50,436 nucleotides of DNA from Girardia tigrina (lineage: Eukaryota). The translations under genes were made by a program, and so were the position numbers. The notes beneath the pieces are model-generated. The model did not search any database. It worked only from the letters and a program-made list of their open reading frames with translations, and was not told where the DNA came from. Where the stretch lies: the NCBI GenBank assembly GCA_001938485.1, contig MQRK01243332.1:5501-55936 (forward strand), written 5' to 3'. Below are positions 11,557 through 23,271 of this stretch, in pieces. The first letter of the stretch is position 1. Every line of letters begins with the position of its first letter.

Positions 11557-12630
11557 CAGTAGGGGGAAAATGTATGTTCTCCCTCAAATGGATAATTGAC
11601 CACCCGGGGGTGGGGTAGCCCGTTGCCATGGCAACGGTCGCATTCCCCCTAGCAACAGTTTCGGTCACCATAGTAACGGTTTCGGTTACAATAGCAACGG
11701 TATCGGTTATCATAGCTACCGTTCCGGTTCACTTGGTGACGGTAACCAAGGTCTTGGTTACCATAGCAACAGTAACCAATGACGTTTTTCATTAGCAACG
11801 GATACAGTGATTCAAGGCGGTTGTAACCATGGTAACGGTTACCGTATCCATAGCAACCGTGACCCTATCACTAGGGACCGTAGAAAAAAGTGCTAATCGA
11901 TAGTGCACATTGTGCCGCACATTTCTAATGTGCTAGCACAGTGATTTTTAAGTTGCACATGTGCAAAAGTGCAAAAATCAATACATAACATTTTTTAAAA
12001 GTACTAGTGTCAAAAATCGTTGTCATTTGTTTGATGCACATTATGATTCTCTATGTGCAATTAGAATTTTCATATATTGATTACCTTTCCATATAATTAA
12101 TTATGAAGACTCTAATTGCACATTCAGATAGAGAATCAAAATGTGCATCAAACACATGATATCGATTTTTGACACTAGTACTTTTAAAAAATGTTATGCA
12201 TTGATTTTTGCACTTTTGCACATGTGCAACTTAAAAAGCACTGTGCTAGCACATTAGAAATGTGCAGCACAATGTGCACTATTGATTAGCACTTTAAAAA
12301 TATCGATTAGCACCTCTGGGCACTGTGCAACAATCGATTAGTACTTTCTTCTACGGTCCATAGTGATTGGGTCACGGTTGCTATGGATACGGTAACCGTT
12401 ACCATGGTTACAACCACCTTGAATCGCTATATCCGTTGCTAATGAAAAACGTCCTTGGTTACCGTTGCCATGGTAATCAAGGCCTTGGTTACCGTCAGCA
12501 AGTGAACCGGAACCGTTGCTATGGTAACCGCGACCGTTGCCATGGTAACCGTTGTCATGGCAACGGGCTACCCCCAGCCCCGGGGGGGTCAATTATCGAT
12601 TGAGGGAGAACATACATTTTCCCCCTACTG
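11557..12630. mobile_element. Foldback / long-TIR non-autonomous DNA transposon (1074 bp) carrying X-box-like repeat arrays
   Basis: Arms of ~520 bp are inverted copies (CAGTAGGGGGAAAATGTATGTTCTCCCTCAA / TTGAGGGAGAACATACATTTTCCCCCTACTG); TGCT duplicated at 11553-11556 and 12631-12634. Confidence 0.9.
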
Positions 12631-14216
12631 TGCTCACTAGTCAGAGGACGAAGATGATCGTCAATCTTTTAATGTACGAATTTTTGATATCCGTAGCATA
12701 AAAATATATATAAAATATTAATTCGCAAAAAAATCAGTTTATAATTTTCATGAGAAAAAATATCAAAGCAATTAATCAATTGACGTTTAAATTTTATAAA
12801 TCCTCAGAATACGGCACTTTCAACTTTTTTTACAATTGTTGAAGAGTGACTGATCTGATGTGGTTGTTGAGGGTAGAATGTCTGTCTTCCTCAAAACTTT
12901 AATATTTAATCTTACCCTTCTTCCTTCTGTTATTCCCCTCCCCGAGGAGCGTAAATCACCATTTTTGTTCTAATCAAGTACCGTGAGAACATCTTCCGTC
13001 TTACCAATAATTGCAGTAGAGTTTTTTTTATCAGAAAAAGAATTCTGATCCCATTTTCACTATCTGCTCCTGATTTTACTAAGTTCACATCTTTCATATG
13101 TTCGATCTTTCCACAATTTACATAATACAATCTCGTGATATGATTCACTTCGATTTTAGAAACTTTGAAAAAGAAAATATATTCTTCCGTAGTATAAAAA
13201 AAGTGAATAGTTACAACTAATAAATCAGTGAATGTGTAACTCTTCGCTTTCTTACTTAATAAATAAAATAATTTATAATTAAAAGATATGTTTAATATTA
13301 ATAATATATTAGTCAAAAAATATTACAATAATAGCGTGTAAGTTTAAAAAATGTTTATAATAATCACTACCAACGGCGAAGAATGAGTAATAATAATAAT
13401 ATAAATAATAATTATAATATTTAAACTAATAATTTAAATATTAATATAAATTATATTTATATATAATAACATAAATAATTTAAATATAAATTGGAATGTT
13501 AATCCCTTATCCGAATGAGGACGCTAAAAGTAAGGTTCGGCGGATGAGACTGGTTCCAATAAATAAGGATAAAATATTACATACTACTAAACAATAACAT
13601 ATGATAATTGGTGACAGAATATATGCTGTGTAGAAGAAGAGGGTAAACTACAGGTAGAAATATAATTATTATCGTACGGATTCGTATCAACATAATTACA
13701 ACAACGACTATCTATTTTCGACCTCAATTCACAATCCAACATATTAAGCCGGCCAAGGAAGTCCTTTTTCGTGTTTGAATTTATGAGGACATTTTGGCAA
13801 ACTCATAAGTTTTAACTCGAATTTTTAAATTTAAATATTTAAACAAAGACGATTAATCACTTTCTCCATCACAAAAATTAAAATAGTTTTAAAAAATTTG
13901 AATTATGGATATCAGAATATGTTTGATATAAAATATTAATAAGATAACTGTAAAACATTTCGAGTTAAAGTTTAATAAATTCAAAGGTAATTAATTCAAG
14001 TTTAGGAATTAAATCCAAATTAAAAAAATCCAAGAAGTTAAAATAAATTAAACTAGTTAATCAAAAAATTAATTTTTTTATATCCATTCTTTATGCAGAC
14101 AGAAATCTACTTTGCCAACAAAGTTTTTAAAATTTAAAAAATTTAAGATATGAAAAATTTTTATTAAGAAAAACAAAAAATCAATAAATAAAAAAGTAAT
14201 TCTTTTTCAATTAATA

Positions 14217-14385
14217 TTGTTCTGGAACTCCGAATTTTCCTTTTTGTCTCATTTTGGGACCTTCAATAGTTTTTTGATCAAATTTTGATATAATCATTTC
14301 TTGCCATCGAGAATGAGTAAGCGTGCCAAGTTTGAAGAAAATCGATTGAGTAAAAGGCCTTCAAAAACAAGTTTCTAATTCCATA
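14217..14385 (+). repeat. Interspersed repeat fragment, second copy at 39828-39998
   Basis: Shared TTGTTC.GGAACTC.GAATTTTC ... AAGTTTGAAGAAAAT.GATTGAGTAAAA. Confidence 0.7.
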
Positions 14386-16536
14386 TATATTTATATATAG
14401 AAACTAAGCTCATAAAAAATCGAGAAACATTTTACAAAAAATGAATTGGCAAAATTAGAACAACAATGATATTTTAAAATGTGAATAGATTTAAGATATG
14501 GCGAATTATAAATTTGTAGTAATATAATATAAATTTAAACATTGCTAAGTATTTCTTTAAATTATATTGATGTTAAAAATTGTTAAAAATTAATTGTTAA
14601 AAATTAATTTAAATTGTTTTTTAAATTAAATATTAAAATGTAATTCTGTAAAATTATTGCAATTAAAAAGTAATAATAATTTGAATTCGTAAAAATAATA
14701 ATTTTAATATAATAACATATCATTATTTATAATTCAGTATTTTTATGTATAATCAATCTGGTCGAAAAGAAAACAAAAGTTCCTCAACAAAAATTGTTTG
14801 AATAATTGTTATAAAATAAAGTTTTGTGTTCCAATGACATCAATTATTGATCACGAAACCAACAGAATTCAAACCCAATTTTAATAATTATAACATTATT
14901 ATTTAAACTAATATTTTGTAACTATTTAAATGAATCTTAATTATATATTTTTATACGTAAATACATAAATATAATAAAAGCAAGCAAAATAATTCAGCGA
15001 TTTTTGTCATTCAAACTCGAATAATATTCTGATCATGAGAATAATAAAACCATTGATTTTTGAATATTCGAAGAAAGGGACGTCAATATAAATATCAATA
15101 ACAAATTATTAATATAATGAAATGCGTTTAACATTTCGAAACACGTGTCTTACACAAGCTGTCTTTGCTCCAACCTCCATTGGTCATGTGTATTGCTAAG
15201 TGATCAATTCATCAAGTGATCATTGTGACAATTTATTTTGGTGTGAAGTTTTATGATGTTGAAGAAAGGCATTGATTATCCAAAAGTTCACTTAAGCTGA
15301 TAAATTTAGTGATATAGGTTGCTACTTCATATTATCCATTAATATTTAATAAATTAATCTAATTAATAAGATTTAAATAGTATTGGTAAAGAAACGAAAA
15401 AAATCCTACATTTTATATATTATTAAATATTTTATATATTATTATTATATTAAATATTTTTATAAATAATATTATTAATTTTGATTTGTCATACACCAAA
15501 TTTTCTTATTTTATCAAAATCAGTTCTATACATAGATTTATATCTAATTTTGTATACAAACATATCAAAATGATATAAATAAATCAATAATTTGTAAATT
15601 GTATAACTATGATAAAGTTTATGATAAATTATGTTATATTAATGTTTAATTTTCCTTTGTAAAAGGGATTTTACTTTTAATGAAAAATTTTCTTTACTAT
15701 TTTAAAATATTACTAATTTTAAGGGAACTTTTCATATTTATTGTCGAATAATTTAATAATCATACAAATTAGTACTTAAAATTAGTAATTCTGGCTGAAA
15801 TTGGAGTCCCATATTGATGTACACATTCGTATAGAACATATATTATAGATTTATTATATTTAGATAAATTCGCCATTTAATTTCTGATATGTAATACTTC
15901 AATAAACCAAAAACTTCACTCTTATTTTAATGATATTCAAGTTTTGATGACAGCAAAAAAATATAATCTCGATATTTTATCAGACGACTATGAACTGTTT
16001 TATCAGGAAAAATCATATGAGGGTCAGTAAAACTATTGATTAAGAAGGGTTACAAAAATTCAATTGCGGTTGTGGTGCTCTCGTCAATGTCACAATAATA
16101 AAAAAACTCATCAGAACAAAAATCAGAACGGATGCACGTTTCACGGATTCGTTTGTACTGGGGATCACGGAGTCTGATATCACAGTCGCGATTGATATCG
16201 ATCGCGGTCCACACTGAAAAGCCCCTTGGTCACAACCTAGCAGCTGAACGTCTGGGTCGTCACACCGCTGGGACGGCTCTCGGCGGGAGACTCTGCGGAG
16301 ATAGCGAAGCGGCTACATAGGGAACCCAATCTAGGCCATTAGAAAATGGAGTCATCCACAGTCGAGTAGTTCGGGATGCGGCTGACTCAAGCAGTGTCAC
16401 GGACTTCAGCGGTTAATATAAATTTGATAATATTTAATATTTTACATAGAGGTTAATTTGTGAGATTTTATTTTATTAATTCTTTTAGAAGACTTCTTTT
16501 AGAAAAAACAAATTATAGAATATAATATAAATAATA

Positions 16537-16791
16537 CTCTCTCTGTTCCGAAATAATGTTTACATTTGGGATAAATCTTTCCGATTATCAGGATAGATAA
16601 TAGCACGTCAGGACCAACAAAAATTTCCATGGTTACAGGTCGCATTTTTTAACAGCATTTATGTCATGCTTTCCTTTTCTCGTTTTCAGCACTTCATAAA
16701 AGAATTTAATCAAGTGAGACCTTTCTAGTAAAGAAGATTGCAGCATTTAACACAAATTAGAAATGTAAGCATTATTTCGAAACAGAGGGAG
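16537..16791. mobile_element. Tc1/mariner (Stowaway-like) MITE, 255 bp
   Basis: TIR CTCTCTCTGTTCCGAAATAATGTTTACATTT / AAATGTAAGCATTATTTCGAAACAGAGGGAG; TA flanks. Confidence 0.85.
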
Positions 16792-16942
16792 TAATATAAT
16801 ATTATAATTGATTTCTGAATTACGTAAATTAATTTAACGAGAATTTTTTTATTTTTATGAAAAATTATTTGAAATTTTCTAGATACTTTTGGCTACCAAT
16901 TTTTAATATAATTTTAGTATACTAACATTACTGTTCTTTTAA

Positions 16943-18569
16943 CCCGTTGGGTTTACGACTTATAACTTTTGAACGAAGAGGAATTTTTCAGTGCGGTTTA
17001 TTTCTAAATATTATTAACTTTTCTAGTCCAGCTCTCTCGCTCTCTAGTTCAACTTCTATTCAATTTATTGCATCAGAACAAAACTGGAGCATGTGGAACA
17101 GGGAGAAAAAATCGTAAAGGATAGCCAAAATTCACTGGAAATTCACGAAAAGGAGATGTTCAATGCTATTGATCTTCAGCTCTTCTAGCAATGAAATGGA
17201 AAGACAAACGAGATGTCTACATGTTATCGACTCTAAATAGTACAAATTTCTTGAACAGTAAAAAAATTGATAGATCAAACGGAACAGAAATAATGAAGCC
17301 CGCTCTAGTCATGGAATATTCGCAAAAAATGGGAACTGTTGATGAAACTGACATGCAGATATCATTCTCTGTTTCAATTAGGAAAACTTTGAAGTGGTAT
17401 AAAAAGTTATTCTTTCATATGATGGATATGGCGATATTCAATTCGTATATAGCATACAGAATGAAGCACAATGCTAAAGACTTACAGCTTGCTCAGTTCA
17501 AATTGCTTTTGGTTAGAGAAATACTTCAGAGATATGATCCTTCAGAGAGAAATAGAGTTGGAAGACATTCTAATACTCCTACACCTTTGAGATTAGTTGC
17601 TCGTCACTTTCCCGACAATTTTCCACAAGATCTAAAGAGTAGATAACGAAGTAGAAGAAATTGTATTGTTTGTAGTGCGAAACAATTTCGACAACGAAGT
17701 TATTTCATGTGCCTTGACTGTAATGTACCATTATGCGTACCAAATTGTTTCCGAATTTACCACACTAAGCTTCACTTTGATGTAGATGAGTGATAAATAT
17801 TATTAATAAAAAAATTTTTTTATAAAAACAACCACGTTTTTCAAGCATTACCAATGCACTAAAAAGAGGAAAATAATTTTTTTTAAGACATGTGCGAAAT
17901 TTTATACCTAACCAAAAACGTGGGGCGGATTTCTGAATTACTGCTATTAGTAACTGCTATTTCCTCTTTACTGCTTTTTAGTAACAATCGATCATTTCTA
18001 TGNNNNNNNNNNNNNNNNNNNNNNNNNNNNNNNNNNNNNNNNNNNNNNNNNNNNNNNNNNNNNNNNNNNNNNNNNNNNNNNNNNNNNNNNNNNNNNNNNN
18101 NNNNNNNNNNNNNNNNNNNNNNNNNNNNNNNNNNNNNNNNNNNNNNNNNNNNNNNNNNNNNNNNNNNNNNNNNNNNNNNNNNNNNNNNNNNNNNNNNNNN
18201 NNNNNNNNNNNNNNNNNNNNNNNNNNNNNNNTGTCATCGGAAGCAAGCCTGTATAAAAAAATTCAGCTCAATTGGATGACTGAAAGTGGTCGAAAAATTA
18301 ATCGCAAGATTTGTTCCAGACAAGAAACGAAGCTAAGTAAAACGTGGTAAGTAATAATAAAAACCAATTCTAATCAGTAAAATATCATAATACTGAAATA
18401 TTCATTGAAAACTGTCGTTTGTAGCTCAAAAAATTCATTTTTGTTAATCTTATGTAATAAATATTTCTAAGTCTTTTTTTAATTTTTTTCATGCTGAATT
18501 ACCTTTGTTACGTCTAAAACTTCAATAAAATTAATATATCTCCAAAACGAAAATTCGGTAGTGAACGGG
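16943..18569 (+). mobile_element. Internally deleted piggyBac element retaining the transposase C-terminus
   Basis: TTAA|CCCGTT ... AACGGG|TTAA; WKDKRDVYMLST, YSQKMGTVDETD, KWYKKLFFHMMD; Cys-rich tail CIVC..CLDCNVPLCVPNCFRIYHT lies after a premature TAA at 17644; contains an N-gap. Confidence 0.88.
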
Positions 18570-18585
18570 TTAATATATATATATA

Positions 18586-19106
18586 CTAGTAAATAACCCG
18601 TCATGTATGACGGATATAATTATATAGAGTTAAAATTTCAAATAAATTTTCAAGACATTTTTTTTTAAAATTCATTTGTTTTCCACATTTAATCATTAGA
18701 AATANNNNNNNNNNNNNNNNNNNNNNNNNNNNNNNNNNNNNNNNNNNNNNNNNNNNNNNNNNNNNNNNNNNNNNNNNNNNNNNNNNNNNNNNNNNTTGAA
18801 AATCCTACCGAAAAATATAATGAATGAAAAATGTTGAATTCCAAAAGGCCAACCCAAAATTTGCTTAAAAAGTCAAAATTAAGAATGCTCATATTATCTA
18901 CTTACAATTGTAAGTGGATAATTATATTAATAATAATTCATATGGAAAATTATCATGAATAATTCTACTAATAATAATTTTCCATATGAATTATTATTAA
19001 TATAAATATCTACTTACAATTGTAAGTAGATAATATGAGCGTTCTTGACAGCGTTAGTGATGCAGTGAGGCAGGCAGTGAGTGACTTGGGCTTTTATAAG
19101 ATAAGA
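18586..19106 (-). mobile_element. Non-autonomous Helitron, both ends present
   Basis: Minus strand A|TCTTATCTTATAAAAGCCCAAGTCACTCACTGCCTGCC ... CCGTCAT-AC-ATGACGG hairpin ... CTAG|T; inserted in a TA run with no TSD. Confidence 0.8.
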
Positions 19107-19986
19107 TATATATGTATATATATAATCTTATATCGATTTTTATCATCTAATAAAATAAAGGCGTAATAGATGATTAATAACATATGAATATAAAAATATA
19201 AGAAATAATGAAATTCTGTAATATATGATTGGATATATACAAAAAATATTTAATAAAAACGTTGATATTATATATTGTTTTGTGAATATTAATTATAATA
19301 ATAGAAAATAATGGTCATTGTTAGTTTCAATAAAAAATAATCATATTTAAGTAAAGATCAAAACTTATAAAGTGAATAGTTTAATAAAAAATTTTTAAAA
19401 TGTGGTAAAACAATTATTGAAATGAGATACTGAGTGATGGAAGCAAGATTAAATAAAGTAACATATGTATATAGAAAAAATCGAGCAGGATCGGTTGCAA
19501 TCAGTGTACTCGGCCACAAGTGTATTTACATCAAAAGAGTTTTAACAATCAGATGAGTCTTTTGTTGTCGCTTTTTAAACAGTTAATTGGTTACTAAGTT
19601 GTATAAAGAGGGCAATTAGTGATTGTAACAATTTAGATTACTAATCACTGACAAAAGTAAATATATGTAACAATAATTTACCGTTTGCTAATAGACAAGA
19701 TTCCACACTAAAATATACTTTAAAAAAGTAATATGCATCGTATATATATATATATAATAAATAAAAGGAGACTCTGTTATCGACCCTGTAATAATTATGT
19801 AATACAAATTTAGAAATATTCTAAATTTAGTGATCGAGTAATATTTTATTTAATTTTGTATTATTTAACAACGTTGATTATCAATAAAGTTAAATTTATT
19901 CACAAGAATATGAAAAAAATATTTTTGTTATTTAATAATATTGAAATGTTTGATAAAATATGATTTTTATTAAAAAAAACACTCAC

Positions 19987-20739
19987 GGTCTGTTTAACAC
20001 CTGAGCGGCCATCAATAACATAGATTATAATTGGTAAAGTATCTTGGATTAATTTTGATATGTTGATCAGACAATCATTTTCATTTAGTCCAGGAGAATC
20101 TATTAAATCAATTCCAGATTCCAAAAATTTCACTTTTAAACTAACTCTCAGTTTTGTATGGTTGTCCCCATCCTCACATCGTACATACCTCCTTGGAAGG
20201 GAAGCATTTCTAAGACTTTTTTTCTTTACAACTCTACCATCCTCGTCAATTATTTGAAGATAATTTTTTTCACCGAAGGAAAGACGTGTTATCTTCTCCG
20301 TACATCGATCATAAGGAGTAGGTAAAACATTTTTTTCAAACAAGCAATTTATGAATGAACTCTTTCCACTTTTTAATTCTCCAAGAACGGCAATTATTGG
20401 GTTTTCTATATTCATATTTTCCATTTTCAACTGACCGCCTACGGAAAAAGCCCCGAGTTCTTCAATGACATTCATCAAACTATCGGAATCAAAGCACTTC
20501 ACAATGTCCGCACTGAGAAGGTGTGATACTTCACCGAATAGGTTGATGGTTCGAATCGTTAATGATATTAACTTTTCCCTTCGTTGTCGATAATTTTGGA
20601 TGCATTTATTAAGATCAGAAAAGGAATCCTTATTTGCAGGTCTTCTCCTTGTCAATCTAGTCCACATATTATCGCAAAATGATGATTGAATAGTGAATAC
20701 ATGACCGGATATCACTTTTGACTGGTAATGCAAGTTCAT
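19987..20739 (-). CDS. DSTYK: Exon 1 of dynamin-like GTPase-kinase gene: Dynamin_N-type P-loop GTPase
   Basis: G1 IAVLGELKSGKSSFINCL, G2 VLPTPYDRCT, G3 IDLIDSPGLNE; gtgagt donor at 19986; the ATG at 20739 is provisional. Confidence 0.88.
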
Positions 20740-21022
20740 ACACGTTACAAATCAATAAGTGGTTTTTGTTTAAGACTTTGCATAAACATTAGTCATAAAA
20801 ATTTATAATCACATATTAGTTGAAATATAAAATTACATTCCAGATTATTTAAATTTTACTCATTTTTAACAATTAAATTTGAACATTTATGTAAGCTTCT
20901 AATATTATATTTGGAAACAACTTTGAAAATCTGAAGATATTACCTTATTAAACTACTGTGACGGATAACCAGGTTTAAATTTATATTGTGGACGTTTGGG
21001 TTTAAAATATTTAAGTCAAGTG

Positions 21023-21023
<1 letters not shown>

Positions 21024-21056
<33 letters not shown>
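21024..21056. repeat. (TA)n microsatellite running into an assembly gap
   Basis: Seen directly. Confidence 0.9.
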
Positions 21057-21269
21057 NNNNNNNNNNNNNNNNNNNNNNNNNNNNNNNNNNNNNNNNNNNN
21101 NNNNNNNNNNNNNNNNNNNNNNNNNNNNNNNNNNNNNNNNNNNNNNNNNNNNNNNNNNNNNNNNNNNNNNNNNNNNNNNNNNNNNNNNNNNNNNNNNNNN
21201 NNNNNNNNNNNNNNNNNNNNNNNNNNNNNNNNNNNNNNNNNNNNNNNNNNNNNNNNNNNNNNNAATTTT

Positions 21270-21392
21270 TTTTCTAGACATGTGCGAAATTTTATACCTA
21301 ACCAAAAACGTGGGGCGCATTTCTGAATTACTGCTATTAGTAACTGCTATTTCCTCTTTACTGCTTTTTAGTAACAATCGATTATTTCTATG
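21270..21392 (+). repeat. Second copy of the segment at 17880-18002 (inside the piggyBac element)
   Basis: Near-identical GACATGTGCGAAATTTTATACC...TTTCTATG with a few substitutions. Confidence 0.85.
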
Positions 21393-21424
21393 CCCCATGT
21401 TTTATATTTATATTTATATCAATT

Positions 21425-21850
21425 TGTTACGGCCGACATTTTGACCTCACGTTCGACCCCTCCCGTCCATTGCACCACCCCATGAGCACGGAATTATTGT
21501 GAAGTTTGGCAATAGTCAAGCTCGACTATTCCCGGTTACGTTTAAGTGTCTTCCGTGCGTCAACGAGGCGGTGAAGTCCGGAGGGATCTGCGAGCAAGCC
21601 CTAAGAGTAGTTATGAGCCCGGAGTCGATAAAAGAGCGCTGCGAGACCTTCTAAGACCTTTGGAAAACCCCTGAAGAAGCTGAAAAAAAATAAAGGTAAA
21701 AATTAAAGTTAATTAAGAATTTTAATTAAAACCTGTGAATCACGATGATTCAAAACCCCACACGACTTCGAGATAGCTGTAAAATCCAGCTAGATAAACA
21801 AACGTCTGATAAATCCGTTCGCGAACATCAGGCCTGATGTAGAGAGACGC
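21425..21850 (+). repeat. LTR-like repeat starting TGTTAC with the conserved hairpin; right boundary uncertain
   Basis: TGTTAC start; AATAGTC-AAGCTC-GACTATT at 21511-21530. Confidence 0.45.
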
Positions 21851-22039
21851 CGCTACAGTAAGATGTTGTCCGCATTTGTATCTGCAAATAAGGATAAACA
21901 ATTAGAATAAACGAGATGAAGTAATAAATAACTACCGATAACAGTCGTGTAGAATCCGTGTAGACGATTGCATTTGTCAAATCGCAAAATCGAGTATAAC
22001 TGCTGATCAGATAAACAGTACCTCGAAATGGAGAGACCA

Positions 22040-22340
22040 AGAACGGCAGTATGATGGTTTTCTAGCCATTTCTGAGTTGACTTTGCCGTATGTGATGAGG
22101 TAGCATCTTCTTGGAAAATATATTCACCATCTGGGTGTAAATGTGCCAGAGATTGAAGTAGAGATTGCTCCAGAATTGATTGATATTTACTTGCATTCAC
22201 CATTCCATCGATAAAATGTAGATTTCCAACACCTTTGCTGCTCATATAACTCCATACTATGATAGTTTGAGGAAATTTTAATGAGCGTTTGAGACTATGA
22301 GAATGAAATGCTTCTTTTCTTGTTCGAATAACCACATTGT
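22040..22340 (-). mobile_element. Tc1-like transposase DDE fragment
   Basis: IIVWSYMSSKGVGNLHFIDGMVNASKYQSIL...YIFQEDATSSHTAKST. Confidence 0.85.
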
Positions 22341-23059
22341 TGTTGAGGTAAATATTAAAAATAAAAAAATAAAATTATTAAAAATAGACTTTGTTTTAAT
22401 TAATAAAATAAAATAAGATTTTATTTATCTTTTTATCAAATTAAATAAAATTTATATATAAATAATTAAATTAGAAAGGTAAATAATTAAGAATAAAGCA
22501 AGAGTTATTTATTATAAAGATGTCATATTCCCTCCTTCTCAAGAAATCTTCGTTAGCTCTGAGCCCCCATCCGCTTTTCTGAGTTAAACGGCAAATCACA
22601 TTGACACCAAACTTCTCTCAATAATTCGTCGATTCAATAACACGGGAACTGACACGTCTCCTTCACTCACATCAACACGTTGTGTATACGTCGGAGCGCC
22701 TTCAGATTCTCTACCAGTATCGAGGATGGCCCGATTGGTAACTCAGTTTCTGAGGAGATGATGCTAATATCATGACCGTTCGATAAAATTTTATTTTAAA
22801 CATGACTGAAGTGGGAGTTGCCCCAAGGAAATAAACGTCGGTCTGCCCGCGTGCCCCTTGCATGCTACGGTCAGCCTGCCTCATTTCCGAAAGGTTCCTT
22901 GTCGTCCTTCGACTCACACAATTATAATTTATAGAAGTTTAGTTTTATTTCTAGACCCATGTTACTTTATAAGTATTTTGTATGAGTTTGTAAAAGGGAT
23001 TTTATAATACCCGATGCCATACAACTTAATCTTTTATTAATGTTCCCATTTTCAATTTA

Positions 23060-23271
23060 ACATAGCTGGGATCGAATGGAAAGGGATGGGTCGAAGCCTA
23101 GGGAGCTCTCCTCACGTCTGGCGCCCGGTGTGCTCGGGACCAATTTGCAAATAACGGGGATAGTCGAGTTTGACTATCCCAACAAACTCTCACTAACGGT
23201 TTAAGGCGTACTGGGCGCTGGATGAGAAGAAGGGTTTCCTTCAGGTTATTTATTCGAGTTGTGTCGTAACA
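23060..23271 (-). repeat. LTR-like repeat end with the conserved hairpin
   Basis: Similar to 388-500; ends in cgtaaca. Confidence 0.5.

Noticed and set aside
11600-11880. Regularly spaced palindromic repeats resembling a CRISPR array
   Set aside because: Units are ~20 bp with no unique spacers, the context is eukaryotic and no cas genes are present
12338-12603. Overlapping ORFs with HGNG/YHGN repeats
   Set aside because: They are translations of the X-box-like DNA repeats in the foldback arm, not supported as proteins
12930-13316. 128-aa minus-strand ORF (and 11279-11512) inside intron 1
   Set aside because: No recognisable motifs, and exon 1 joins exon 2 seamlessly without them; may be decayed sequence
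17890-21444. ORFs containing X runs (also 240-494 and 46446-46754)
   Set aside because: Artefacts of translating through N-gaps
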